Notes: generated by a model from the letters alone, not told the origin. A DNA stretch of 64,000 nt from an uncultured Eubacteriales bacterium (GCA_900315265.1 OMYN01000002.1:74877-138876); one strand, 5' to 3'. Positions 17,816-28,360 are shown, numbered from the stretch's first letter. Numbers and translations: made by a program.

Positions 17816-19174
17816 TTACTCAACGGCTTTGTAATCGACCTTATCGACCCTTTTCAGGACATAGAACATGGTCGGTACGATATAGCAGATAGCCGCGACC
17901 CAGGCCACTTGATCACTGAAGCAGATGCCCCAGAATTTGAATACCGGCACGGCAAAAATACCCATCAGCGACCGGGCGAACATTTCAAAAACACCGGAAA
18001 AGATAGCCCGGCCTGAATAACCAAGACCCTGTACCGTCAGACGGACAACATTCAGGATGCCCAGCATCCAGAAGCAGGAGCCTACACAGGCCACATATTG
18101 TGCGGACGCATCCAGCACCTTGATATCAGTCCTTGGAATAAAAAGCATGGACATATAACGGCCGAAAAAGATCATTACCAGACCGATGGCCGCTCCGTAC
18201 AGAACCCCGACCAGCACTCCCTGTTTTAAGCCCACACGGATCCTCTTCTTCTGCCCTGCTCCGTAATTCTGGCTGGCAAAAGTGGAAACTCCCGTCGACA
18301 AGGCATCAAAAGGACACATGCAGAACTGTTTGATCTTCATAGCGCTGGCAAAGGCCGATACATAGACCGTACCCAGGGAGTTGTTGGCCCCCTGCATGAC
18401 CATGCTGCCGATGGCCGTAATGGAGAACTGCAGACCCATGGGGACACCCATGGTCAAAAGCCTTCTTGCCATAGCCTGGTTCCAGACCCGGTTCTCTTTG
18501 GTAGGCATCAGATAGGTAAACCGTCTCAGCATCAGGATCAGACATAAGACACCGGACACCGCCTGGCTGAAAATCGTCGCAATGGCCGCACCGGCCACGC
18601 CCCACTTGAGGAGGATAATGGTAAACAGGTCCAGGACGATATTCAGGATGGACGACAGCACCAGAAACAGGAAAGGCGTCCGGCTGTCTCCAACCGCTCT
18701 GAGAATGCCCGAACACAGGTTATAGAGCATGGTGAAAGGGATCCCCAGAAAGATGATAAACAAATACTGCCAGGCCCCATGAAAAATTTCATCCGGAGTT
18801 TTAAGAAGGTGCAGGATCTGGGGCGTCAGACTGGCTGTCAAGGCCGTGACCCCAGCCGCAATCAGAGCCGTCAGGATAAACCCTATATAAATATATTGAC
18901 GCAGATGATCCATGTCTTTGGCTCCGAAAGCCTGAGCGACCGGGACTGCAAAGCCCGTGCAAATACCCAGGCAGAAACCGATAACCAAAAACTGGATACT
19001 GGACGAGACACCCACGCTGGCCAGCGCATTGGAACCCAGATACTGGCCAACGATGGCAGCATCCACCATGTTATAAGCCTGCTGAAATAAGTTACCGAAC
19101 AGAAGCGGCAGAGCAAACTGCAGGATCAGCTTCAGGGGCGACCCCTGTGTCATGTCTTTTGTCATAAAGCTCAC
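17816..19174 (-). CDS. MATE family efflux transporter
   Basis: 452 aa, 12 TM, GSPLKLILQFALPLLFGNLFQQAYNMVDAAIVGQYLG. The start is uncertain (GTG 19174 or ATG 19165). Confidence 0.9.
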   Translation of the reverse strand: MSFMTKDMTQGSPLKLILQFALPLLFGNLFQQAYNMVDAAIVGQYLGSNALASVGVSSSIQFLVIGFCLGICTGFAVPVAQAFGAKDMDHLRQYIYIGFILTALIAAGVTALTASLTPQILHLLKTPDEIFHGAWQYLFIIFLGIPFTMLYNLCSGILRAVGDSRTPFLFLVLSSILNIVLDLFTIILLKWGVAGAAIATIFSQAVSGVLCLILMLRRFTYLMPTKENRVWNQAMARRLLTMGVPMGLQFSITAIGSMVMQGANNSLGTVYVSAFASAMKIKQFCMCPFDALSTGVSTFASQNYGAGQKKRIRVGLKQGVLVGVLYGAAIGLVMIFFGRYMSMLFIPRTDIKVLDASAQYVACVGSCFWMLGILNVVRLTVQGLGYSGRAIFSGVFEMFARSLMGIFAVPVFKFWGICFSDQVAWVAAICYIVPTMFYVLKRVDKVDYKAVE

Positions 19175-19270
19175 ATCTTTCTGGTCACGAAATCCGCCTG
19201 TGCGGCTGCAGATGACAAGGGTCGTCGAAGAGCGGAAAAAAGAAAAATATGAGTAATTCTATCGTAAAAT

Positions 19271-19978
19271 TCAGGTAAGGTCAACCACGATCCGGCGCAT
19301 GTCGTCGGCCAGTTTCTTTTGTTCCTGCCTTGTCATACCGGCAACCTCGATCGGCTTTCCAAAATAGATATGGACTTCTCTGGGCTCTATTTGAATGCCT
19401 TTATTGCCTTCCAGTACACCTCTGAGCCCTTCGATGCGGAAGGGAACGACCGGTGCACCGACTGCCGTAGCGATACGGATGCTGCCTTTTTTGAACTCCC
19501 CGATCTGTCCCGTTTTGCTGCGGGTGCCTTCCGGAAAGACGACCATGTTGATTCCCTGCTGAAGCCTTTCCGAAGCTTCTTTGACCGCTTCCAGTGCCTG
19601 GCGGATGTTCTGTCGGTCCAGCGACACGCAGCCGATCAGTTTCAGCAGTTTTCCGACCATGGGGGTATTATCCAGTTCCTTTTTGGACACGAAGGCCGTC
19701 GGAAATTCCATCACACTGATCAGAGCAGGGATATCCAGGATGCTGGTATGGTTGCCCACAAACAAGGCGCCCGGCTTGTCCGGCAGGTTCTCCAAGCCGT
19801 GGTAAATGACCCGGGAACCGGTCGTCTTCAAAAGATCGGCACACTCAGGTCGTAAAAACTCATACGCCTTTTGCCATCGTTCTTTTTCGGGCAGATCCTT
19901 GGTCTTCTTCTCGACACGGCGGGCTTTGAAAAAAGCCTTGACCATGAACCAGGCCGTCCGTACGGTATAGCGAACCAC
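19271..19978 (-). CDS. plsC: 1-acyl-sn-glycerol-3-phosphate acyltransferase family protein
   Basis: NHTSILD (HX4D) and FPEGTRS motifs. GTG start after GAGGA. Confidence 0.85.
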   Translation of the reverse strand: MVRYTVRTAWFMVKAFFKARRVEKKTKDLPEKERWQKAYEFLRPECADLLKTTGSRVIYHGLENLPDKPGALFVGNHTSILDIPALISVMEFPTAFVSKKELDNTPMVGKLLKLIGCVSLDRQNIRQALEAVKEASERLQQGINMVVFPEGTRSKTGQIGEFKKGSIRIATAVGAPVVPFRIEGLRGVLEGNKGIQIEPREVHIYFGKPIEVAGMTRQEQKKLADDMRRIVVDLT

Positions 19979-20006
19979 GAAAGATTCCTCCTTTTGACCG
20001 ATATCC

Positions 20007-21752
20007 TTAATAATCCAGATAAGCGCCTTTCATAGGACTTTGTGCATGCAGACTGAACATCCTCAGCACACCCTTGGTATATTTAGGCGTCTTAGGTTTC
20101 CAGTTTTTCTTCCGTTCCTCCAGAACCTTGTTGACCTCGTCCTCGCTCATGCGTTTACCGGCAATCCCTACGATGGCTAATTTGCGCTTCTCAATGTCGA
20201 TTTCGATCAGGTCGCCTTCTTCAACCAGAGCAATGGGACCGCCGGCCTGGGCTTCCGGTGAGCAGTGGCCGATGACCGGTCCGGTAGAAGCCCCGGAGAA
20301 GCGGCCGTCCGTGATCAGGGCAATGGCGCGGCCCAGTTCCGGATCGGAACTGATGGCCTCGGAAGTATAGAACATCTCCGGCATACCGGAGCCCTTGGGT
20401 CCTTCATAACGGATGAAGACGGCGTCTCCCTTTTGAACCTTATGATGAAGGACGGCGTCAAGGCACTCCTCCTCACTGTCGAAGGGACGGGCCCTCAGGA
20501 CTGCCTTGAACATCTCTTTGGGGCAGGCCGTATGTTTGATAACAGCCCCTTCGGGAGCCAGGTTGCCTTTCAAAATAGCAATGCTGCCTTTGTTTCCGAT
20601 GGGATGATCCTTGGACCGGATGATATCCTCCCGTTTCAGATCCAGCCCGTACTTTTGATTGGCCTTGTCCAGCCAGCTCTGACATTTTTCATAAAAACCG
20701 TTCTTTTTCAACTCTTCCAAGTTTTCGCCCAATGTCTTGCCGGTAACAGTCATAACGTCCAGATTAAGCACGTCTTTGATTTCTTCCATGATGCGCGGAA
20801 CGCCGCCGGCATAATAGAAGAACTCAGCGGGCCAGCGACCGGCCGGGCGTACATCCAGAAGGTACAGGGCTCCCCGGTGCAGACGGTCGAAGTCTTCACC
20901 CGTAATGGTAATGCCGTATTCATGGGCGATGGCCGGTATATGCAGCAGAGCATTGGTGGAACCGGAAATGGCGGCGTGGACCAGGATGGCATTTTCAAAG
21001 CTCTTGGCGGTCACGATGTCGCTGGGCTTCAGGCCTTCTTTGGCCAGTTCGACCGACCGTTTGCCGGCCCGGTAAGCATAATCCAACAGATCCGGGCTTT
21101 CCGCCGGCAGAAGAGCACTGCCCGGCAGGGTCAGACCCAGGGCTTCCGCCATGATCTGCATGGTCGAAGCAGTCCCGATAAAGGAGCAGGCTCCGCAGCT
21201 GGGGCAGGCATTCTGTTTGGCCCAGTTGAATTTATCTTCATCGATCTCGCCGCGTTCATATTTGGCGCTGTACATACCCAGCTGTTCCAGGGTCAGAAGA
21301 TCCGGCCCGGCACTCATGGTGCCTCCGGTGACCATGATGGAAGGGATGTTGACCCGGGCCATACCGATCAGGTTGCCCGGCATCCCCTTATCGCAGCTGG
21401 AAATAAAGACACCGCCGTCAAAAGGAGTCGCATTGGCATGGATCTCGATCATATTGGCGATCATTTCACGGCTGGCCAGGCTGTAGTTGATACCGTCGGT
21501 ACCCTGGCTTTCGCCGTCGCAGATATCGGTAGTAAAATAACGGGCTCCGTGGCCGTTTGCATCCTTAATGCCCTGGCGGGCCTTTTCTACCAGCTTATCC
21601 AGATGACCGCTGCCCGGATGGGAATCACCAAAAGTCGACTCAATAATGATCTGGGGCAGGCCCAACTCTTCCGGTTTCCAGCCCGTACCCAGACGAAGCG
21701 GATCCATTTCAGGAGATAATGTCCGCATTTTCTGACTGATCAATTCTGCCAT
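20007..21752 (-). CDS. IlvD/Edd family dehydratase (dihydroxy-acid or sugar-acid dehydratase)
   Basis: 581 aa. SSCDKGMPG and TDGRFSGAS motifs. Confidence 0.85.
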   Translation of the reverse strand: MAELISQKMRTLSPEMDPLRLGTGWKPEELGLPQIIIESTFGDSHPGSGHLDKLVEKARQGIKDANGHGARYFTTDICDGESQGTDGINYSLASREMIANMIEIHANATPFDGGVFISSCDKGMPGNLIGMARVNIPSIMVTGGTMSAGPDLLTLEQLGMYSAKYERGEIDEDKFNWAKQNACPSCGACSFIGTASTMQIMAEALGLTLPGSALLPAESPDLLDYAYRAGKRSVELAKEGLKPSDIVTAKSFENAILVHAAISGSTNALLHIPAIAHEYGITITGEDFDRLHRGALYLLDVRPAGRWPAEFFYYAGGVPRIMEEIKDVLNLDVMTVTGKTLGENLEELKKNGFYEKCQSWLDKANQKYGLDLKREDIIRSKDHPIGNKGSIAILKGNLAPEGAVIKHTACPKEMFKAVLRARPFDSEEECLDAVLHHKVQKGDAVFIRYEGPKGSGMPEMFYTSEAISSDPELGRAIALITDGRFSGASTGPVIGHCSPEAQAGGPIALVEEGDLIEIDIEKRKLAIVGIAGKRMSEDEVNKVLEERKKNWKPKTPKYTKGVLRMFSLHAQSPMKGAYLDY

Positions 21753-21858
21753 AACTAAACCTCACAATACAGTTTGTTTTATTATAACACGGAGGCCGGA
21801 TGTTTGCTCAAGACAAATCGATAATCCTGACCATCGGCAAGGCCCACGGTCAGGATTG

Positions 21859-21892
21859 AAAAAGGGGCCGGCGGCACATGGCCGTCAGCCCC
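21859..21892 (-). terminator. rho-independent terminator after gap
   Basis: Minus strand GGGGCTGACGGC-CATGT-GCCGCCGGCCCC followed by TTTTT. Confidence 0.75.
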
Positions 21893-21926
21893 TTTAGGTT
21901 ATGTTTTGTTATTCGAGAGGGATCAA

Positions 21927-22955
21927 TTACTTAAGCTCTGCGAAATATTTGATGGTACGAACCATCTGGCTGGTGTAAGAGTTCTCGTTATCATACCATG
22001 CAACAACCTGTACCTGATAGGTGTCGTCGTCGATCTTGGTAGCCATGGTCTGAGTAGCATCGAACAGAGAACCGTAGCGCATACCGATAACATCGGAAGA
22101 TACGATCGGGTCTTCGTTGTAGCCGAAGGACTCGTTAGCAGCTGCTTTCATAGCGGCATTGATGCTCTCTTTGGTAACGTCCGTTCCTTTAACGACTGCG
22201 ATCAGCAGCGTGGTGGAACCGGTGGTAACCGGAACACGCTGAGCTGCGCCGATCAGTTTGCCGTTCAGTTCAGGCAGAACCAGGCCGATTGCTTTAGCAG
22301 CACCGGAAGAAGCGGGAGTGATGTTGGCAGCGCCGGCACGAGCACGACGAAGGTCGCCTTTTCTGTGCGGGCCGTCAAGGATCATCTGGTCGCCGGTGTA
22401 AGCATGTACGGTGCACATAATACCGGAAACGATCGGATAAGTCTTGTTCAGAACGTTGGCCATAGGAGCCAGGCAGTTGGTAGTGCAGGATGCAGCAGAG
22501 ATGATCTGATCTTCAGGAGTCAGGGTCTTCTCGTTAACGCTGTAAACGATGGTCTTCAGGTCATTGCCGGCAGGAGCGGAAATAACGACTTTCTTAGCTC
22601 CGGCATTGATATGAGCCATAGCCTTGTCTTTCTTGGTGTAGAAACCGGTGCACTCAAGAACTACATCGACATCAAGCTCTTTCCAGGGGCACTCGTTAGC
22701 GTCTTTGATCGCGTAGATACGGATCGGTTTGCCGTCAACTACGATAGAGTCTTCGGTAGAAGTAACGGTGTGTTTGTTCTCACCGATACGTCCGCAGAAA
22801 GAACCCTGTGCGGTATCATATTTCAGCAGGTTTGCCAGCATAGCGGGGCTGGTCAGATCGTTGATCGCTACTACATCATAGCCTTCTGCATCATACATCT
22901 GTCTGAATGCAAGACGGCCAATGCGGCCGAAGCCGTTAATTGCAACACGAACCAT
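21927..22955 (-). CDS. gap: type I glyceraldehyde-3-phosphate dehydrogenase
   Basis: INGFGRIGR and [10 protein letters not shown] motifs. ATG at 22955 follows AGGAGG. Confidence 0.95.
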   Translation of the reverse strand: MVRVAINGFGRIGRLAFRQMYDAEGYDVVAINDLTSPAMLANLLKYDTAQGSFCGRIGENKHTVTSTEDSIVVDGKPIRIYAIKDANECPWKELDVDVVLECTGFYTKKDKAMAHINAGAKKVVISAPAGNDLKTIVYSVNEKTLTPEDQIISAASCTTNCLAPMANVLNKTYPIVSGIMCTVHAYTGDQMILDGPHRKGDLRRARAGAANITPASSGAAKAIGLVLPELNGKLIGAAQRVPVTTGSTTLLIAVVKGTDVTKESINAAMKAAANESFGYNEDPIVSSDVIGMRYGSLFDATQTMATKIDDDTYQVQVVAWYDNENSYTSQMVRTIKYFAELK

Positions 22956-23005
22956 TGGAATCAACCTCCTAAATAACAGTATAGTTTAGGTTTACGTACG
23001 GTTTT

Positions 23006-23034
23006 ATTTTACGTCACTAAAATAGCAATGTCAA
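23006..23034 (-). promoter_or_regulatory. putative sigma-A promoter of gap
   Basis: On the minus strand: TTGACA (23034-23029), 17 nt spacer, TAAAAT (23011-23006). Confidence 0.55.
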
Positions 23035-23058
23035 GCTGTCAGAGCCTTCTTTGCCAAT

Positions 23059-24189
23059 TTACTCCGCATCTTTGATATAACGGGACAGCTTGTCCGGATA
23101 AGACTCGATATCCGCCTCGTTTTCCAGCCGTTCCCACTCTTCCTCCAGTCTCTGCTCCTTGAGGCTGTCCAGAAGATCCAGCCGATAGCGGTAGCGGGCC
23201 TGTTTCAGCTGACGCTTATAAGTGATCAGATCATCCGATCCGGGCTCTCTGAAACCGGTCACATAAGCGATCATATAACCGTAGGACGTCTCTATGACCG
23301 GGGTTATCTCCCCTATCTTGGTTGAAAAGATAACGTCTGCGGCCTGCGGGTCCATCTGCCCTTTATAGACGTCCCCATACTGCATGTAATCGCTGGTGAC
23401 GGCTCCCTCGGTAAGGGCCGGATCGTTCTCGACCGTCGTTTCGTCCGCCTGGGCCCCCAAGGTTGAGAAATTGTCCGTGTCCAGCCTCTGGCGAAGGGCC
23501 TGCACCTTGTTATAGATCTGCTCTTTCTGAGCGTCCGGATAAGATGTCCAGGTATCGTCAGACCACTGTCCCGTATAAAACATCAGGGGACGGATGATAG
23601 CCGTCTTCAGATAATCTTCTTTATCGTAGCTATCATAGGCTCCGAACTTCTCTTCCAGGTTCTGACTGATCTCCTCATCAAAATCAGACGTCCTGAAGTT
23701 GGCGTTTTCCTCGTAGCGGCTGACCAGGTAATTTTCCGTGATGACCGTTTCCAGAAGAGACCGGTCGATGCCGTTTTTCTGCATATAGAGGGTGCCCAGA
23801 TCCTGCTGCAGCTGATCTACGGTCTGTTCGATCTTGACGACATCGGTTTCCGTGACTTCACCTACATCCTCCTGCGCTGTTTTTACACGGATGATCGAAG
23901 CCAGGGTACGGTCGACGGCGGTCTGTCTGGCATCCATCCCCATCATGTCCAGGTCCCAGACCCGGTCGCTGCCGATGCGGACAAAGCTTTTCTGGACCAG
24001 CTTCCAGTAAACGAGAGCTTCATTGGCATGGACGAACTGGCCGTTTACTTTTAAAACGACGTCATCTTCCTCCTGGCGGCTGCCGGATACAGTAGTAACT
24101 ACCATCAATATGATCAGAAGGATAGCCAGAAAGCAGCGGGAGATCCACCGGGCGTTTTTCCTTTTATTTTTGCGGTTCCCGGTCTTCAT
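23059..24189 (-). CDS. membrane-anchored SurA/PrsA-like chaperone with a degenerate parvulin-like domain
   Basis: N-terminal TM anchor. C-terminal GQMDPQAADVIFSTKIGEITPVIETSYGYMIAYV resembles the end of a parvulin domain. Its start overlaps the mfd stop by 4 nt, in the conserved position after mfd. Confidence 0.65.
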   Translation of the reverse strand: MKTGNRKNKRKNARWISRCFLAILLIILMVVTTVSGSRQEEDDVVLKVNGQFVHANEALVYWKLVQKSFVRIGSDRVWDLDMMGMDARQTAVDRTLASIIRVKTAQEDVGEVTETDVVKIEQTVDQLQQDLGTLYMQKNGIDRSLLETVITENYLVSRYEENANFRTSDFDEEISQNLEEKFGAYDSYDKEDYLKTAIIRPLMFYTGQWSDDTWTSYPDAQKEQIYNKVQALRQRLDTDNFSTLGAQADETTVENDPALTEGAVTSDYMQYGDVYKGQMDPQAADVIFSTKIGEITPVIETSYGYMIAYVTGFREPGSDDLITYKRQLKQARYRYRLDLLDSLKEQRLEEEWERLENEADIESYPDKLSRYIKDAE

Positions 24190-27100
24190 GCCGCTCCGCC
24201 TCTTTTCAATTTGGCTATCTCCTTGACAGCGTCCAGGATATGCTGCAGCATGATCCTTTCTTTCGAGCTTTTTTCCAGGCGTACGACCAGAGTCTGATGA
24301 CCCTTATCGGTTTTCAGATGAGCGGCCCCCTTCTTCTGACCCAGAAAGATACGCAGCTTTTCCAGGTCGATCGGGGCATCGTCCCGAAGGCGCAGCGACA
24401 GATAGGCTGTATTCTGGTCGTGATAGTAATCCAGCTGGTCGGTCCCGAAGCTTTGGACAATGGCTTTGATCAGCGAAATAGTAAGCAGATTCGTCACCTG
24501 GCGCGGGGGATCCCCGAAGCGGTCGACCATTTCATCCAGCATATCGCTGTACTGTTCTTCGTTTTTTATGTCGGCGATCTTTTTGTAGGTCTCCATCTTC
24601 TGCTTTTCGCTGGGTATATAGGAGGAAGGCAGGTAAGCGTCGGCCGCGATGTGGATGGTCGTCTCGAATTCGGGCATGGCATCCGGCGCGGATGCCGAGG
24701 AAGGGCTTGCGCCGCCCGCTTTGCTGATGGCCTCCTGCAGCATCTTGGTATACATTTCGTAGCCGACCGCTCCCATATGGCCGTGCTGTTCGGGCCCCAG
24801 CACATTGCCGGCCCCCCGGATCTTCAGATCCTGCAAAGCGATCTTGTATCCGCTTCCGAAACCGGTCAGCTCTCCCAGGGCCTCCAGACGATTCTGGGCG
24901 TCTTCGGTCAGCACCTTTCCCTGCTGATACAAAAAGTAAGCGTAAGCCATACGGGTCGAGCGCCCTACACGGCCCCTCAGCTGGTAAAGCTGGGCCAGGC
25001 CCATGGTATCCGCGTTTTCAACAATGATAGTGTTGGCATTGGGAATATCCAGGCCGGTCTCGATAATGGTCGTGCAGACCAGTACATCGGCATTGCCTTC
25101 GACGAACTGCATCATGATATTTTCCAGCTCCCGCTCCGGCATCTGGCCGTGGGCCATAACGACCCTGGCCTCAGGCACCAGCTGTTGGATGCGGGCCGCG
25201 CAGGCAGCGATGGAATTGACCCGGTTGTGCAGATAAAAGACCTGGCCGCTGCGGGCCAGCTCCCGGTAGATGGCCTCCCGGATCATCTGGTCATCCTGCT
25301 CCATGACATAGGTCTGGACAGGATGCCGGTCCATGGGGGCTTCGTTTAAAAGACTCATGTCCCTCATGCCTGTCAGGCTCATATGTAAGGTCCTGGGGAT
25401 AGGCGTTGCCGTCAGGGTCAGCACGTCCACATCTTTTTTCAGAGCTTTGATCTTCTCTTTATGGCCGACTCCGAACCGCTGCTCTTCATCGATGATAAGC
25501 AGGCCCAGGTCTTTGAATCTGACATTTTTCCCAAGCAGGCTGTGGGTGCCAATCACGATATCCAGTTCGCCCGAAGACAGTCTGGTCAGCACGTCTTTTG
25601 TCTGCTTTGGGGTGTTGAAACGGGAAAGGATACCGATATTGACCGGCATATCTTTCATCCGTCTGGTGAAGGTATTATAGTGCTGCTGGGCCAGAATGGT
25701 AGTAGGCGCCATCAGAGCCACCTGTTTGGAGTCCTGCACGGCCTTGAAGGCGGCCCGGAGGGCCACTTCGGTCTTACCGTAGCCTACATCCCCGCAGATC
25801 AGACGGTCCATGATGTGCGGGCTTTCCATATCCCGCTTGGTCTCTTCGATGGCCTTGAGCTGATCTTCTGTCTCCTCGTAGGGGAAGGATTCCTCGAACT
25901 CTCTTTGGAAAACCGTGTCCTTACTGAAAGCATAGCCCGGCCGGCTCTGCCGTTCGGCATAGAGCTTTACCAGATCCTCCGCCAGCTTGGCGACCCCGGC
26001 CCGGACCTTGGCTTTGGTGCGCTCCCAGTCTTTGCCGTTCAAGTCGTTGAGTTTGGGCGAGGCACCTTCTCCGGCCACATATTTCTGCAGCATATCCAGC
26101 GAAGTCGTGGGAACATACAAAATGCCGTTATCTTTATAAGTGATCTTGAAATAATCGCGTTTGGTATCCCCGTCGCTCATCTGAACGATGCCGTTGTAAA
26201 TACCGACGCCGTGGTTCTCATGTACCACATAGTCCCCGACTTTGATGTCGTCGTAGCTTTTAAGGACCTGCCCTCCGGTGAACTTTTTACGCCGTTTGGA
26301 GACCCGTCGTCCCTTCTCGGTCAGTTCGTCCATGGACAGAACGGCCAGCCCCGCGTCCGGATAGGAAAAACCGTGCAAAAGAGCTCCCCGGGCCGTCACG
26401 ATCTGGCCGGGCCGGATCTCTTCGTCCAGGCTGCCCCGGAAGGAAGCGTCCAGGCCGTCTTCTTTCAGCATCTCCGACAGGCGCTGGGCCTTGGTGGTGC
26501 TGTCCATCAGGATGACCGTCCGCATATTGGCGCGGCGGTTGCCTTTCAATTCATCCAGCAGAGCGCTGCCCGACCCGTCCAGCACGTTGATGGACTGGCT
26601 CTGGATCGCGATGATGTCCTGAACAGGGAAATAATCGTCTCCGCTGCCCAGAATGCCGCACAGGGAAGCGCGGGCAAAAGAAGTCAGCCCTTTTTGGATC
26701 TCCGCTTTTGTCGGAAACATGTCCTGCTGCTCGGCAAACAGATAGCCTTTTTTCAAACGCTCGGCTACGCTGAGGCTGAGCTGGTCGGTCAACGATTCCA
26801 TCCTCTCTTTGATGCGGACCGGCTCCGTCAGCACAACGATGCTGTCAGGGTCTATATAATCAAGGATGGTGCCCGAATCCGGATAAAACAGGGTAACATA
26901 GTTGTCCAGATCGACCGGACGATTGGTTTCCAGCTTCTCGATGGTGCGCTCCGTCATCTGCCTCAGATGGTCCGCTTCCTCAGTCATGCCCTCTTTTTGA
27001 AGCTTTTTCAGTCCCTCTTCCAGCCCCTTGCGGATCCTGTCGATGCCGGTCCTGCGGACATCTTCTTTAATGGGGATCTCGGTCACCGGGTAGATCATGA

Positions 27101-27758
27101 CCTTATCGACCGCGTCTCCAATACTTCGCTGGGTATCCGGGTCCATCCGGGACATATGGTCGATCTCGTCTCCCCACAGCTCGATGCGGACAGCCGTGTC
27201 ATCACCGATGGGATAAATATCGACAATACCTCCCCGAATGGCTGCCTGGCCGGGCGATTCTACCTGCTCGACCCGCTCATAGCCCATGTCGGCAAGGCGC
27301 TGAAAAAGGTCATCTTCGTCCAACTCGGTATCCTGGCTGATAGTCAGGACAGACTGCTGCCATACCTTACCGGGAGCCAGGCGCTCGAACAGACAATCCA
27401 CCGATAAAACGACCGTGCGGGCTGTTTTTTCATAGATGGCCCTCAGTCCCTTTGCCCGGTTATCCGCCACCGCCAGGCCCTGCGAGTCCGCGCTGGAAAA
27501 AAGCAGGTCTTTGGAGGCGATATAATAGGTGCCGTCGGAGTCATAAAATTTCATCTCGCTGAAGATCTCTTTGGCTTTGACTTCATTGGCGGCAACGATC
27601 AGCAGGGGACGGCCCGTTGCATAGGAAAAAGAAGCGGCCAGATGGTCCTGGACAGACTCCCCCGCCCCATAGATCAGAAAAGGTTTCTTTTCCCTAAGGT
27701 CCGTCAGGGCTTTCTGATACCAGGCCGTCTGACGGATAGGTTCGAACAATCCTTTCAT
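24186..27758 (-). CDS. mfd: transcription-repair coupling factor
   Basis: 1190 aa. Helicase motifs GDVGYGKTEVA and DEEQRFG. Located downstream of pth. Confidence 0.95.
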   Translation of the reverse strand: MKGLFEPIRQTAWYQKALTDLREKKPFLIYGAGESVQDHLAASFSYATGRPLLIVAANEVKAKEIFSEMKFYDSDGTYYIASKDLLFSSADSQGLAVADNRAKGLRAIYEKTARTVVLSVDCLFERLAPGKVWQQSVLTISQDTELDEDDLFQRLADMGYERVEQVESPGQAAIRGGIVDIYPIGDDTAVRIELWGDEIDHMSRMDPDTQRSIGDAVDKVMIYPVTEIPIKEDVRRTGIDRIRKGLEEGLKKLQKEGMTEEADHLRQMTERTIEKLETNRPVDLDNYVTLFYPDSGTILDYIDPDSIVVLTEPVRIKERMESLTDQLSLSVAERLKKGYLFAEQQDMFPTKAEIQKGLTSFARASLCGILGSGDDYFPVQDIIAIQSQSINVLDGSGSALLDELKGNRRANMRTVILMDSTTKAQRLSEMLKEDGLDASFRGSLDEEIRPGQIVTARGALLHGFSYPDAGLAVLSMDELTEKGRRVSKRRKKFTGGQVLKSYDDIKVGDYVVHENHGVGIYNGIVQMSDGDTKRDYFKITYKDNGILYVPTTSLDMLQKYVAGEGASPKLNDLNGKDWERTKAKVRAGVAKLAEDLVKLYAERQSRPGYAFSKDTVFQREFEESFPYEETEDQLKAIEETKRDMESPHIMDRLICGDVGYGKTEVALRAAFKAVQDSKQVALMAPTTILAQQHYNTFTRRMKDMPVNIGILSRFNTPKQTKDVLTRLSSGELDIVIGTHSLLGKNVRFKDLGLLIIDEEQRFGVGHKEKIKALKKDVDVLTLTATPIPRTLHMSLTGMRDMSLLNEAPMDRHPVQTYVMEQDDQMIREAIYRELARSGQVFYLHNRVNSIAACAARIQQLVPEARVVMAHGQMPERELENIMMQFVEGNADVLVCTTIIETGLDIPNANTIIVENADTMGLAQLYQLRGRVGRSTRMAYAYFLYQQGKVLTEDAQNRLEALGELTGFGSGYKIALQDLKIRGAGNVLGPEQHGHMGAVGYEMYTKMLQEAISKAGGASPSSASAPDAMPEFETTIHIAADAYLPSSYIPSEKQKMETYKKIADIKNEEQYSDMLDEMVDRFGDPPRQVTNLLTISLIKAIVQSFGTDQLDYYHDQNTAYLSLRLRDDAPIDLEKLRIFLGQKKGAAHLKTDKGHQTLVVRLEKSSKERIMLQHILDAVKEIAKLKRGGAA

Positions 27759-27787
27759 AGAGCTTCCTTTCTGCTGAAAAAGTTTCT

Positions 27788-28360
27788 TTATTTGCGGTGC
27801 TTGGTGTTATACAGGTTCATGGCCTTGTCGATCCCGTCGGTCACGATGCACTCGGCGGCTTTGGCGGCCGTTTCGACGGCCTTGTCCATCAGGGCCGCTT
27901 CCTCCCGGCTGAAACCGGACAGGACATGGTCGGCCAGGTCCCAGCCTTCCGGTTTGGCCCCCACCCCCACACGGATGCGGGGGAACCGATCGGTCCCCAG
28001 ATATTGGATAATACTTTTCATACCGTTGTGGCCGCCGGCCGAACCGTTTTTGCGGATACGGATGGCACCGACATCCAAATCGATATCGTCGTAAATGATC
28101 AGGATATGGTCGGGTCCGATCTTATAAAAATCCGCCGCCTGCCGGACCGCGATGCCGCTGGAATTCATATAGGTCAAAGGACGGACGATGATTACGTCCG
28201 TGCCCCCTATGGTCCCCTTGGATACCAGAGCCTGGAATTTCTCCCTCTCCGGAGGGAATTTCATCTGATCGTGTAAATAAAGAGCCACATGAAAACCGGT
28301 GTTGTGGCGGGTATCGGCATATTTGGCATCCGGGTTGCCCAGACCTGCTATAAGATACAT
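27788..28360 (-). CDS. pth: peptidyl-tRNA hydrolase
   Basis: MYLIAGLGNPDAKYADTRHNTGF. Confidence 0.95.
   Translation of the reverse strand: MYLIAGLGNPDAKYADTRHNTGFHVALYLHDQMKFPPEREKFQALVSKGTIGGTDVIIVRPLTYMNSSGIAVRQAADFYKIGPDHILIIYDDIDLDVGAIRIRKNGSAGGHNGMKSIIQYLGTDRFPRIRVGVGAKPEGWDLADHVLSGFSREEAALMDKAVETAAKAAECIVTDGIDKAMNLYNTKHRK

Noticed and set aside
20265-21719. 484-aa ORF on the plus strand, antisense to the IlvD/Edd gene
   Set aside because: Its composition is low-complexity and Gly/Arg/Ala/Asp-rich, with no recognisable motifs and no RBS. The opposite strand carries a strongly motif-supported gene. Long stop-free antisense frames are expected at this GC and codon bias.
25461-27407. 648-aa ORF (and 369-aa ORF 24240..25349) antisense to mfd
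   Set aside because: This is a shadow ORF of a 1190-aa gene with clear helicase motifs. The antisense translation has no domain signature.
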